DNA of 64,000 nt from Mobula hypostoma. Taxonomy: Eukaryota. Both the position numbers and the translations under genes were made by a program. The notes under the pieces are model-generated. The model was not told the DNA's origin. It saw only the letters and a program-made list of their open reading frames with translations, and ran no database searches. This document shows positions 12,743 through 25,034 of the stretch, piece by piece; position 1 is the first letter of the stretch, and each line of letters opens with the position of its first letter. The stretch lies in assembly GCF_963921235.1 (NCBI RefSeq), contig NC_086097.1, positions 99,140,001 to 99,204,000 on the forward strand, in the 5' to 3' direction.

Positions 12743-13080
12743 TGACCATAAGATACAGGAGCAGAATTAGGCCATTTGGCCCATTGAGTCTGTTCCGTCA
12801 TTTCATCATGTCTGATCCATTTCCCTCTCATCCCCAATCTCCTGCCTTCTCCCCATATTCCTTCATGCCCCAACTAGTCAAGAATCTATCAACCTTTGCC
12901 TGAAATACACCCAATGACTTGGCCTCCACAGCTGCCTGTGGCAATGAATTCCATAGTTTCACCACTCTCTGGCTAAAACATCCTCTCCACATCCACTCTA
13001 TCAAGGCCTTTCAATATTCAATAGGTTTCAATGAGATCCCCCTCATTCTTCTGAATTCCAGTGAGTTCAATTCCACTAGA
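12743..13080 (-). mobile_element. CR1 LINE 3' end
   Basis: gaccataagatacaggagcagaattaggccatt is the reversed CR1 3' terminus, same family as 52640 and 43420. Confidence 0.75.
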
Positions 13081-13384
13081 TACTATTATTCATGGACATG
13101 GGGGTCGGCTATCACGCGCGGGTAAAGAACACCCAACTCTACTTTTCCGCTCTCTGTATTGTCATACAACCTTTCCAACATCCAATCCTGAATAAGCGCC
13201 AATTTTTACAATGCTCATATTTTTCTTCTGATATAGAAGGAGGCTGTTCCCACTTTGGCCTGCGCTGGTACAGAGCAATCTCACAATCCTCTATGACCTC
13301 TTTCATATACCTATCAACTCTCCCTTGATGCTCCTATCACCTACCTGTACGCCAGGGGCAATTTACAATGGACATGTAATCTAC

Positions 13385-13640
13385 CAACCACAAAGTGTGG
13401 AGGGCTGTCAGAGGTTACAGCGGGACATTGATAAGAAGCAAAACTGGGCTGAGAAGTGGCAGATGGAGTTCAACCCAGATAAGTGTGAGGTGGTTCATTC
13501 TGGTAGGTCAAATATGACGGCAGAATATAGTATTAATGGTAAGACTCTTGGCATTGTGGAGGATCAGAGGGATCTTGGGGTCCGAGTCCATAGGACACTC
13601 AAAGCTGCTGTGTATGTTGACTCTGTGGTTAAGAAGGGCC
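13385..13640 (+). mobile_element. CR1 ORF2 internal fragment
   Basis: LQRDIDK..NWAEKWQMEFNPDKCEVVH.GRSN...QRDLGVRVH. Confidence 0.8.
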
Positions 13641-14654
13641 TGTATTGTGCTGTAGGTTTTCTATGTTTCTGTGTTATAAAAGTTGTCTGAAGGGGCTTGA
13701 AAAGAATGATGTCATATTTGCTGTAATTACACATGTATGCTTTTAGCATTTTAGTACATATCTGTTCTTACTGAAACAAAAATAATTACCTCAATGCCCT
13801 ACACAAACTATATTTTCCATCTTGGCTATTTCAGTCTGCTTTCACCATATGCTTCTCCAAACCCAGTTTGGGAAAATGATTACCCTACCTTGGAGACTTG
13901 GTACCTTTGTACAGGCAACTTGCCAGACACCTGGTTGTATGTTGAGGGCCCCAAGCACAATAATCTGCACATTGCTTGTGTTCATTTCTCCCAGGTGAGG
14001 TAACGTATGCCAAAACACATTGTATTTCAACCATCAGGCTGAAAAAGCCAATGTGAATATAAAAATGCTTCAAAGATATTCTTTGAAACAACTTAAATTT
14101 TTGTTAACTTATGGAATCTCTGGCCCCCATGGCAACTTAACATGGAGAAGAAAGGTGTTACGCCCCTTGAATGTCTTCGTCTGGAATTTATGGCCCCACT
14201 AAAAACTGCAGAAGGAGGATACAATCGAGCCTCTTGCTGCATCCAAAGTAAAGTGTGTACTTCCTCCATCAGCCACCTCAGAACCGGAGTGGGAACTGAG
14301 TCTGAAGAGGTGCCTGAGAAGAAGGGTCCATGACCCCAGTAAGTTAGCAGAACATAGGAGAAATCCACAGAATTCTCAGCCACTCTCGTCACACTGGAGA
14401 AGAACTCTCTGAAGTGGTAAAGAGAAGAGATACAGATAGAAACTAGTAAAAGCACACAGAGAAGACAGAATGAATCCTACAGCCTCTTATCAATGCCACC
14501 TCAGAAGATTCATCAGCTAAGAGATAAACTATACATTTACAAACTGGAATGTTTCAATATTTATTTTCTTTTATTTTGAGCAGCTGCTTTCTGAGAGTCC
14601 CATACTTCTCTCTGAAACTATAGGGCCCTGTAGCTCGTCATTTACATCACTTAC

Positions 14655-14771
14655 TTTATGGTTTTTGACCATCTTCTGAGTAATAGCTTCATTCTTCCCA
14701 TAATCTTCACTTGAAACAAGCTGAAGTTTTTCTGCGACCCAGGCTTCCAACTCTGAAACATCTGCAAGGAA
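14655..14771 (-). CDS. SPTBN5: SPTBN5 exon: FLADVSELEAWVAEKLQLVSSEDYGKNEAITQKMVKNHK
   Basis: Acceptor attcatttag|, donor AAA|gtaagt; 117 nt; canonical spectrin helix A. Absent from the ORF track. Confidence 0.93.
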
Positions 14772-15747
14772 CTAAATGAATGTCACAGTATTAGTTACTG
14801 TTATCAGGAGCAACTGGAAGGGAGATGCACATGTTCAGAATCATCGTGTACTAGCTGTTGCAAGAAGGGTGTATCTGCGTAGGCAACTTATCACTTCATC
14901 AACCTGAGGAAGTTTAGAAGAGATTTCTAAAGTGGTGGTTACTGGTTTTGTAGTTGGTGGTTTACCTGCTGCAAGGGAGCTTAAATCGAGCTGGATGGGC
15001 AGGGAGACACAAGAGATAGCTGATACTGCAATTCAGATGCTGCAAAAGAAAAATGACGGCTGCATGAGTTCAGTGAGTTAAGCAGTGTGTGTGGGAGGGG
15101 AATGCAACTGTCAACATTTCAGGGTGTGATCCTATATCAGGACTGAGAGTGGAGGGAAGGAAAGCCGGTATGAAGAGGTGGGACAGGGACTGGTGGGTGA
15201 TCAGAGTGAGCAGGGGTTTTTCATCTTCCTGGGAGAGCTATGCGGAGAGAAGACACAAGAGACAGTGGACGCTGGAAGCGGTGCAAGAATAAGATGAGGG
15301 TGGGAAACAGCAGGTCAGTCTGCATCTGCGGAAGGATGTAGACAGTCGACATTTCGGTTTGAGACCCTTCATCTGGACTGAATGAGGTAAGGGGGAGGGG
15401 GAGAGCAAGAGCTGGCAAGAGATAGGGTGGGTCCAGTTGAGGAGGAGTTGATTGGTAGGTGGAGGAGGGGAATGGATGGAACCAACATGAAGAAGGAATT
15501 TATCCATGACTAGACATGTAGAAAGTAGAACCCCTGCATCACTGACCTCATCTTCTTTGCTCCTAAAGAGCAACAGCAAAGCACTGACCAGTCGGCAGTC
15601 CCATTTCCTACTGTACCAAGGACCAAAACACATTGGCCAGGTCCATGGTAACCAGTGACTTGGTGCCCTATTCGTATGGTACAGGGAACACTTCACTTCA
15701 CTCACTGGCTGTGCTGATCGCATTTTGTTCTCCATGACCCAGCCTAC

Positions 15748-15948
15748 CTGGTGGAACCGCACTGATCGTTGTAGCTTCTTTCTCCTGTCTTCGCAGGCCC
15801 TCTCCAGTCCCTCCCAGCTGGTCTGGAGCTCCATCCACTTGCTCTCGATGCCCTGGGCCATGAGGTGCTGGGAGCTGATCATACGCTTGCCAATCTCCAG
15901 CACCTTCTGGATCTGCTGTTTGTGGGTGTTCACTTCCACCTGCAGCTC
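15748..15948 (-). CDS. SPTBN5: SPTBN5 exon: ELQVEVNTHKQQIQKVL...LQRSVRFHQ
   Basis: Acceptor cccggtgcag|, donor CAG|gtaggc; 201 nt. Confidence 0.92.
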
Positions 15949-16852
15949 CTGCACCGGGAAAAGGATCACGGTTAAAGAGGACCAAGTAGCAAGCCTGAAG
16001 CACACACGGGGAGGAGGTGGGGGTAGAAAAAACTAAGCACAGAACAAAGGAGGAAGGGGAAGTGCATCCGTATAATAATCGCAGGGGCTGGGGCCCATTG
16101 CACAGGATGGTGATCACTACACCCATCTCAATATACAGACAGCGTACCATTCCCCATATAATATATCTTAACCTAGAATCCAATCATCCAGCATGATGCT
16201 ATACAAACATCACTTTCATCCATAATTAATCAATATTTTCATCCATACCAATGATTCAGGAACAGCTTCTACACCTCTACCATCCAGTTTCTGATTGGAC
16301 ATTGAACCCATGAACACTACCTCACTACTTTTAATTTTACTCTTTTTGCACTACTTACTTAACTTTTTAGTGTATATACAAAAAATATATATTACTTCTT
16401 ACTGTAATTTAGTTTTTATTGTTATGTGTTGCTACTGCTTAACAACAAATTTCATGACATTTGCCGGTGATATTTGATTCTGATCATATAAAACAACGCT
16501 ATCCCTAGCCTAGCAACCATTAGACGAGAACAGGATTGTGCTGCTCCTCAAGCCCGTCCCATCAAACAATTCTTCCATTCAATATTGGATGCCTTCCCCT
16601 TCCCAGAAAATGCCAGACAGCACAGTACTGGGCAAACGCACCCCCCCCCAACCAGCACCCAATCCTATTGCATAAAGCGGTACCCAATTACACTGATGTT
16701 ACCATCCAGCTATGTTGCCCTTCACTTTTACCCTTCAGACTCTAAATAGAGCTGAGACACATGTCCCACTAACTAGGTCCAGAAATAGCTGCGTGGCTGA
16801 AACATCCCAGGACCCAAACTCAGTGCCAAAATAATAGAGAAGACAGCCTAAC

Positions 16853-17039
16853 CTTCTGTTTCCACAGCCGGCTCTGTGCTGTGTGCAGGGACTTGCCATA
16901 GTTGCTTGAGGAAGCATTTGGCATGTGCTCTGCAATCCACTGGACGTTCAGATCACTGTTGTGTTGGAACTCATACAAAGCCACCATTGCTTCCAGGAGT
17001 TCCCTTCTCTCTTCCAAGGGTACCTTGAGGGATTCAAAC
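16853..17039 (-). CDS. SPTBN5: SPTBN5 exon: FESLKVPLEERRELLEA...YGKSLHTAQSRLWKQK
   Basis: Acceptor gcccacacag|, donor AAG|gttagg; 187 nt, phase 2 to 0. Confidence 0.92.
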
Positions 17040-17796
17040 CTGTGTGGGCAGCCAGATGCATGAGAGAGAATAAAGTCAAGAAACTTTGAAACAATTGATC
17101 CAGCTGGAAGACTGGTAGTCAAACTAGAGAATGATTATTTTAAAACGAAAACTACTAGGTGTGGGAAGATGATGCAAGGACTGATCTCATGTTTTTGTAC
17201 GCTTCAGACTTGGCCAGTTCTTTATAAAACGCTCCAAATGCCTGTCTTCCCCTACATCCCGTTGACTCCCAGAGATTCCAAGCACCAGGATCCTCATTTC
17301 TCCCACCAACACCCTGAGAAGCTAAATCCCCATTTCTGGCATACTGAAAATCAGGATTCTCATTCCTCTCCAGACTTTCCAAGATCTGGATCCCCCCACC
17401 CACCTTTGCTCCTAGAGGTCCTGAGTACCACAATCCCCACTCCCCTCCCTGACATCCCGAGACCCCCTTTCATTCCTAGAGATTTCAAGGACCAGGGTTT
17501 CAATCTACATTCCAGTGCCTAACACATCAAGCAACAGGGATCCCATTCCACTCAGAGAATCTGAGCACAAAGTCCCAACTCCACTTTACAAAGTCAGTGC
17601 ATTCCTTTCTCTTCATCCAAGTACCTATGTCCCCATTCCAATGCCACCCTGCCTCAGTGCGGATCTCCCTCCCCTCTCTCTATCCAAGCAGAGGCTCGGC
17701 GTCAGTACCCCATTCCTTCACTGCTCTTCAAGGACACATCCACCCTTTCTAATTTTATTCTAGCCTCCCCTCCTCCCCTCCTGTAAGCGGTCTCAC

Positions 17797-18023
17797 CAGT
17801 CAAGATGTTTCTGTGTCTGTTCGAGTATCCTCTGTGAATCAAAGTGGCCGGTGGCCATCTTCCTGGCACGATTTACAATGCAGTTCATTTTCTTCGCAAG
17901 TTCGCACGTGTCACCCTCCAGCCACTTGTGTTCCTTCAGCAGGAATTTGCTCGACTGCAGGTCATGACCCGTCTCATTGTTCCGGAGCATCTTCTCAATC
18001 TGTTCCAGCTTTGTTTTGGCATC
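17797..18023 (-). CDS. SPTBN5: SPTBN5 exon: DAKTKLEQIEKMLRNNETGHDLQSS...TQKHLDW
   Basis: Acceptor tcttctcag|, donor TG|gtgaga; 227 nt, phase 0 to 2. Confidence 0.92.
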
Positions 18024-18159
18024 CTGAGAAGAGAAAGAGTCAGTGGAAAATCAATTACAATCATACCCTAGAAGAAATGAAATACGGTTAGCTAGATTTA
18101 CACTCTGGTATACTGAAAAATCAAAAATAAATCCTGCAGTTCTGAAGATCTTAAATAAG

Positions 18160-19100
18160 ACCTGTTCTGGGCCCAGCATGTGAGTGCAATTATGAAGAAA
18201 GCACAGCAGCAACTTTATTTTCTTCATAGTTTGTGAAAATTTGGTGTAACATCTATAACTTTGACAAACCTCTATAGATGTGTGGTGGAGAGTATATTGG
18301 CTGGCTGCATCATGGCAAGGTATGGAAACAGCAATGCCCTTGAATAGAAAATCTGGCAAAAGTAATGGATACTGGCCAGTCCATCACAGGTAAAGCCCTT
18401 CCCAGCACTTCACTCATCTATATGAAGCGTTGTTGCAGAAAGCAGCATCCACCATCGGGGACCCCCACCACACAGGACATGCTCTCTTCTCCCTGCTGCC
18501 ATCAGGGAGAAGGTACAGGAGCCTCAGGACTCACACCACCAAGATCAGGAACAGTTATTACCCCTCAACCATCAGGGTCTTGAACCAGAAGGAATAACTT
18601 CACTTAACTTCATTTGCCCCACCATTGAAGTATTCCCACAACCTATGGACTTACTTTCAAGAAGTCTTTATTTCATCTTCTCTTCTTACAGAAACATCTG
18701 CATGATGCTAAGCTAGGGCACATCATCAGCGATGTTACCTGGGGTCGTCGGGTGTTTCGGGTCTTTCAGCATCATACACCCTCGCCCAGGCGACCCGACC
18801 GGGGTTGATCAGACCCTGGCCTGTGCCCTAGCAGCAACCCACAGATCTGCCCTCTTTATCAATATTTATTACTTATTTATATATTACTATTATTCCTTTC
18901 TTTTTGTATTGCACAGCTTGTTATCTTTTGCACATGGGTTGAACAAAAGTCAAATGGTCTTTCATTGATTCTATTATTGTTATTATCCTATTATGGATTT
19001 ATTGAGCATGCCCACAAGAAAAGGAAAATGAATTTCAGGGCTGTATATGGCATATGGTGATATGTATATACCTTGATAATAAATTTACTTTGAACTTTGA
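18160..19100 (+). mobile_element. Rex1/Babar-type LINE 3' fragment with a nested insert at about 18683-18860
   Basis: Decayed TL.NLYRCVVESIL.GCI.A.YGN...HALFSLLPSGRRYRSL; ends aataaatttactttgaactttgaac. Confidence 0.75.
18683..18860 (-). mobile_element. Short 3' end of a HERO-like (RLE-type) non-LTR retrotransposon
   Basis: The minus strand reads IKRADLWVAARAQARV-stop, then gggtcgcctgggcgagggtgt...gaaagacccgaaacaccc...ctgatgatgtg, resembling fish HERO 3' UTRs (from memory). Confidence 0.5.
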
Positions 19101-20456
19101 ACTTCAAAAATACACGGAAAAGGCTGGGAAGATTAAGCAGGTCAGGCAGCACTGGTGAAAAAGAGCTAGAGTTAATGTGTTGGGTCCAAAGACCCTTCAA
19201 AGGGACTGAGAAAGTGGGAAATCAAAATTGTTCTCAGTTGCAGACTGAAGGAAGGATGGTTAGAACAAAGGGAATATCTCTGATAGGGTGAGACCAGATG
19301 TGGCAGTTCAAACTGATTATGCTCCTCTGTCTATGTTATATGTTTCTAATCAGTGAACTGCGGGACATGCCTATCAGGTCAGACTACATTGGTAGAGGGA
19401 AAAAATGGGCTAAAATCATAGATAGATGACTGACAGAAATAGCCAGCTCTGACACAGACAGAAAGCAAAAGTGAGTTATTTAAAGCTGGAGAATTCAATA
19501 TTGAGCCTAAAAGGGTAAAATATACCCAAGCAGAAGATGAGGTGTCAATTTGCAAGCTTGAATAGGATTTGTTGCAACAATACAGGAATCCACAGACAAA
19601 GAAGTCAGAGTCTGATGGAGAATGAATGTGACAGGCAGCAGGAAGTTCAGAGTCACTGCGAAATGAACACAGGTGCTCTGTAGACTGATACCCATTCTTC
19701 ATTTGGTTTTTCTAATGTAGAAGAAAGCATGTTGTAATGCAGTGGAGCAAGTTGGGCACATGCCCACAGCAGCATAGGAGAATGAAATGAGCTCGGTCTG
19801 AGGGGAACAGAAAGGAGAGATCCTGAAAAGCCTGTCCTCAAGAGTGAGGACTCTTTCTTCAGAAGATTGTATATCTTTGAAGTTCTCCAGAGAGTTCTAG
19901 ACACTCAATAATCAATTACTATATATTCAAGGCTGCCACTGACAGAAGTTCTGGACATTAACAGAAACAAGAGATATTGAAAATGCCAATATAGGGAGTT
20001 GGACCACCAGGCTGTTTCTGTACTGTTTCATTTTCTGACTGTAAGAGCTGGAAGAGGAGCAGGATTGGCAATGAGCTTACTGTAAAAATGATTACGTTCA
20101 AGGAACAAATGGTTTATTCCTGCTACCTGCTTGTTCTTCTGACCTGATCAGCTTCTGTCTTCTAACTACTTTGACTTAAAAACAGTCAAATCTACCTCCC
20201 TAAAATGCTTGGGGGACTCCACCTTCCCAAGTACACGCTGAAGGTAATGCCACTGCCGAGGTAAGTCCTGGAATGCAAGCTCCACAATGCTGATCCTCCA
20301 GGTGTTTTACATCAATGGATGGAAACACCTTACTTGTCATAACCATAGCCCAGCTTTATTCTGTCCATCCAGCGTCTAATATTGTCCATGAGTGTTGTAC
20401 TGTACAGTGTTGTTCTGATGTGAAACATTCTGGGTAAAAGAAACAAGTGTTCTCAC

Positions 20457-20621
20457 CTGCAGCAACTCCATGAGCTGTTCTTGTTGTCCAGCTTGTCTCA
20501 TCTTATCTCCACGTTCTCCCATTTTATTGAGGAGCTCTTCCCACTTCCTGATCAACACCACAAGTTGGGATTTGATAAGATCCCTGGCGTAATGTTCCTC
20601 ATGGATGAGACTGTTTCCTGT
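20457..20621 (-). CDS. SPTBN5: SPTBN5 exon: TGNSLIHEEHYARDLIK...AGQQEQLMELLQ
   Basis: Acceptor gcatcattag|, donor CAG|gtgaga; 165 nt. Confidence 0.92.
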
Positions 20622-21019
20622 CTAATGATGCAAACACAAAGGATACGTTAACATCATGCAATGCAACGTCCACATTAATAAGTATCTCAGTCACAAGAGA
20701 CAGAATATATTTCAATGTTCACCACCCTACATAACCCTACATGATCAGCTTTCAGTTATTCTATTCTTAATGCGAAATGAAGCTGCAAACGCATTACATT
20801 GAGAAAGGTTTGGTTACCTAATTCACAATTGTATTTATACCAAAAATAAAAAGGAAAGTTATAGGAACAATTAAGAAGACAAAAGAAAAATTGAAAATTG
20901 AATAGAATTCATTAATCTGAAAGATTGTTTCATCAAAGCTCCAAAGACAAGGGTCCCCAGAGAAATCCCTAGAAGCCAGACAGCATTCCTCTGGAAAGAC
21001 GAGCTGAGCAAAATATGAT

Positions 21020-21626
21020 CCTGGGTGTCAACGTCTCTGGGGATCTATCCTGGGCCCAGCAGTGATGCAATTACAAAGAAGGCACACCTCAGCTATATTC
21101 CATTCGGAGTTTTAGGAGAATTTGTATGTCACCAAAGGCTGTCACAAATTTCTACACATGTGCCATGGAGAGCATTCTAACTGGTTGCATCACTGTCTGG
21201 TACAGAGAGGCCACTGCACAGGATCAGGAAAAGCCAGAGAGAGTTGTAAACTCAGCCAGCTCCATCATAGGCCTCCCCACCATCGAGGACATCTTCAAAA
21301 GGCAATGCTCCAAGCAGGCAGCATCTATCATGAAGGACCCAGAGCACCCAGAACATTTCCTCTTCTCATAACCACCATCACAGAGCAGATACAGGAGCCT
21401 GAAGGCACGCTGTAGGAAGAATTTAGGACAGCTTCTTCCCCTCTGCCATCAGATTTCTGAATGGTCAACAAACCCACGAACACTACCTCGTTATTTTTGT
21501 TCTCTTTTTGTACAATTTATTTAATTTTTAAATATATATATTTCTTATTGCAATTCATAACATATTTTATGTATTACACTGTACAACAATTTCATGACAG
21601 ACGTCAGTGATAATAAATTTGATTCT
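21020..21626 (+). mobile_element. Rex1/Babar-type LINE 3' fragment
   Basis: MSPKAVTNFYTCAMESILTGCITVWY...AASIMKDPEHP..LFS; ends gataataaatttgattctg. Confidence 0.78.
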
Positions 21627-21652
21627 GTCATGTTATGTGCAATATACGTCGA

Positions 21653-23241
21653 AGAGAGATTGAGAGTGAGAGAGTGAGAGAGTGAGAGAGAGTGAGAGTG
21701 ACAGAGAGAGAGAGTGAGTGAGAGAGAGTGAGAGTGAGAATGAGAGAGTGAGAGAGAGAGTGAGAGAGAGAGTGAGAGAGAGAGAGTGAGTGAGAGAGAG
21801 AAAGTGAGAAAGAGAGAGTGAGTGAGAGTGAGAGAGTGAGAGAGAGAGTGAGAGAGAGAGAAGAGTGACAGAGAGAGAGACAGTGCGAGAGTGAGAGAGA
21901 GTGAGAGAGAGAAAGTGAGAAAGAGAGAGTGAGAGTGAGAGAGAGAGAAAGTGAGAGAGAGAGTGAGAGAGAGAAAGTGAGAAAGAGAGAGTGAGAGAGA
22001 GAGAGAAAGTGAGAGAGAGAGAGAGAAAGTGAGAGAGAGAGAAAGTGAGAGAGAGAGGAAGAGAGAGAGAAAGTGAGAGAGAGAAAGGAAGAGAGAGAGA
22101 GAAAGTGAGAGAGAGTGAGAGAGAGAAAGTGAGAGAGAGAAAGAGAGGAAGTGAGTGAGAGCGAGAAAGTGAGAGAGAGAGAGGAAGTGAGTGAGAGAGA
22201 GAGAGAAAGAGAAGAGTGACAGAGAGAGAGTGAGTGAGAGAGAGTGAGAGTGAGAATGAAAGAGTGGGAGAGAGAGTGAGAGAGAGAAAGTGAGAAAGAG
22301 AGTGAGTTAGAGTGAGAGAGTGAGAGAGAGAGAGTGAGAGAGAGAGTGAGAGAGAGAGAGTGAGAGAGAGAGAGAAAGAGAAGAGTGACAGAGAGAGTGA
22401 GTGAGAGAGAGTGAGAGTGAGAATGAGAGAGTGAGAGAGAGAGTGAGAGAGAGAAAGTGAGAAAGAGAGAGTGAGTGAGAGTGAGAGAGTGAAAGAGTGA
22501 GAGAGAGAGAGACAGTGAGAGAGTGAGAGAGAGTGAGAGAGAGAAAGTGAGAAAGAGAGTGAGAGAGAGAGAGTGAGAGAGAGAGAAGAGTGACAGAGAG
22601 AGAGAGTGAGCGAGAGAGAGAGTGAGAGAGAGAGAGAAAGTGAGAGAGTGAGAGAGAGTGAGAGAGAGAAAGTGAGAAAGAGAGTGAGAGAGAGAGAGTG
22701 AGAGAGAGAGAAAGTGAGAGAGAGAGAGTGAGAGAGAGAGAAAGTGAGAGAGAGTGAGAGTGAGAGAGTGAGAGAGAGAGAGAAAGTGAGAGAGAGAGAA
22801 AGTGAGAGAGAGAGAGCAAGAGAGAGAGAGAGAGAAAGTGAGAGAGAGAGAGAGAAAGTGAGAGAGAGAAAGGAAGAGAGAGAGAGAAAGTGAGAGAGAG
22901 TGAGAGAGAGAAAGTGAGAGAGAGAGAAAGTAAGAGAGAAAGAGAGAGGAAGTGAGTGAGAGAGAGAGAGGAAGTGAGTGAGAGAGAGAGAGGGAAAGTG
23001 AGAGAGCGAGAGAGAGAGAGAAAGTGAGAGAGAGAGAGAGCAAGAGAGAGAGAGAGAGAGAGAAAGTGAGAGAGAGAGAGCAAGAGAGAGAGAGAGAGAA
23101 AGTGAGAGAGCGAGAGAGAGAGAGAGCGAGAGAGAGAGAGGGAGAGAGAAAGTGAGAGAGAGAGAGAGAGAGAGAGAAAGTGTGAGAGAGAGAGAGAGAG
23201 CGAGAGAGAGAGAGAGAGAGAGAGAGAGTGAGAGAGAGAGA
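21653..23241. repeat. About 1.6-kb degenerate (GA)n/GAGT/GAAA polypurine microsatellite
   Basis: Direct reading; the source of the long Ser/Leu/His ORFs. Confidence 0.97.
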
Positions 23242-23309
23242 AATGGGGACACAATCACATTACATGTTCAGTTGCCAAACTTGGGGAGTGAAAAACAGAA
23301 GGGAAAAAC

Positions 23310-23990
23310 CTATAACAACACACACAAAATGCTGAAGGAACTCAGCAGGTCAGGCAGCATTTATGGAAATGAATAAACAATCGATGTTTCAGCCCAGGAC
23401 CCTTCATCAGGACCAGAAAGGAAGGAGAAAAATGCCAGAATGGGGGGACAGGAAGGAGGATAGGTGAAGCCGGGTGGGTGGGAAAGGTGAAGAACTAGAG
23501 TGGAAGGAATCTGATGGGAGAGGAGAATGGACCATAGGAGAAAGGGAAGGAGGAGGGGACCCAGCAGGAGGTGATGGGCAGGTGAGAAGAGGTAAGAGGC
23601 CAGAGTGGGGAATAGAAGAGGGCGAGGGAATTTTTTTTAACCGGAAGGAGAAATTGATATTCATGCCATGAGTCTGGAGGATATCCAGATGGAATATAAG
23701 GCGTTTTTCCTCCACCGAGGGTGGTCTCGTCTTGGCACAAGAGGGAGACATGGACCGACATGTCGGAATGGGAATGGGAATGGAAATTAACATGCTCAGC
23801 CACTGGGAAGTTCTGCTTTCGGCAGATGGAGCGGAGATACTCGACAAAACGGTCCCCCGATTTACAACGGGTCTCACCAATATAGAGGAGGCCACATCAG
23901 GAGGACCAGACACAAGAGACAATCTCAGCAGACTTATAGGTGAAGTGTTGCCTCACCAGGATCGACTGTTTGGGGCCCTGAATGGCGGTG
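23310..23990 (-). mobile_element. Penelope-like element fragment (GIY-YIG C-terminus plus terminal repeat with a hammerhead-like motif)
   Basis: The minus strand reads ..HSHSDMSVH..CQDETT..EEKRLIFHLDILQTHGMNINFS, then a pyrimidine-rich UTR and gtcCTGATGAagggtcctgggctGAAAcatc. Confidence 0.75.
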
Positions 23991-24863
23991 AGTTTAAAAA
24001 CCTGTGACATCTCACCCTCATTAATCTACCTGTTACAGAAGCCACTGCACATGAAAATGTTGGTAAGAATGACCACTACACAAGCCTTGTGAAAACAGGG
24101 TTCCCTTTTCACACCAAGGGAGCTCCCATAATTTTGTATAGCTCTACATGCTCTTATGTAGAATAGATGTGCATATTAAAACTAGTACCTTCAAAATCAA
24201 TCTATACAGCAGAATTGGATTCTATCTAATGGGCTACACACATGCTGAAGGAGAAAAAGAAGCATGCAATAGACAGGTGAGACTAAAACTCTACTGTATT
24301 TCTAAGGAAGTAGCACCTTGTTTCTTCCAGTGTATTCTACTGCATTCATTGTTCACAATGTAGCTCTCCTCTACTTTGGAGATGGTGGACTAGCCAAGTT
24401 CTCTCTGCAGGGTCCACTCAATTCTCTGTTGATTCCCACTTAATTTCTCCATCCCATTGCCTTTCTGGTCTGCTTGTCCATTGCCTCCCTACTCAATAGA
24501 ATTTTGGGAGAACTTTTACCAGAGCTACTGCAGCAGTGAAAGAAAGTAGCTCACCACCATCTTCTCAAGGGCAATTGGATGTGTCCAATGCCCACGTTCC
24601 CTAGATAAATACAAAATCATTAAAAAAGACAAGCTCCATCTGAAAATATTTCAGTAATGATAATAGAAGGCATTTATACATTAATTTCAGTAATTTAATG
24701 CATTCTTTATGTTTCTGAGCTTAACCCTCAATGTCACAGTAAATTCTGTCATTAAATATGATCCAGATTGCTGAGAACCTGTGCTTTGCTAATCTGAATC
24801 AATGATTGCTAACAGCCTTGGGCTGTAGTTTAAAGGAGCACCTACCAACAGACACAACCATAC

Positions 24864-25034
24864 CTGCTTCCATTCCTCCACTCGGATTTGGTTTGCCATC
24901 ACCTCCTTTTCCATGGCCTCATGTCTCTTCAGCTTTCGAAGGATATTTGTGGGGTCTCGGTACGATTCGTCTGAGGCAATCTCATACTTTTCATCGATCC
25001 ACATCAGGAGTTCAGCTGCGTCTCTGTTAAATTC
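24864..25034 (-). CDS. SPTBN5: SPTBN5 exon: EFNRDAAELLMWIDEKYEIASDESYRDPTNILRKLKRHEA...EEWKQ
   Basis: Acceptor cttctctag|, donor CAG|gtatgg; 171 nt. Confidence 0.93.

Noticed and set aside
15547..15562. Possible 16-nt micro-exon (ctctttag|GAGCAAAGAAGATGAG|gtcagt, minus strand)
   Set aside because: It contains an in-frame TGA and breaks phase; exons 15748 and 14771 join cleanly without it. A poison-exon role cannot be supported without RNA data.
18740..18785. Hammerhead ribozyme in the structured insert (CTGAAAGACCCGAAAC on minus)
   Set aside because: It lacks a proper CUGANGA core with stems I and II; better explained as a retrotransposon 3' UTR hairpin.
21628..23258. 471/541/315-aa Ser/Leu-rich ORFs
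   Set aside because: Artefacts of the (CT)n microsatellite strand, which lacks stop codons.
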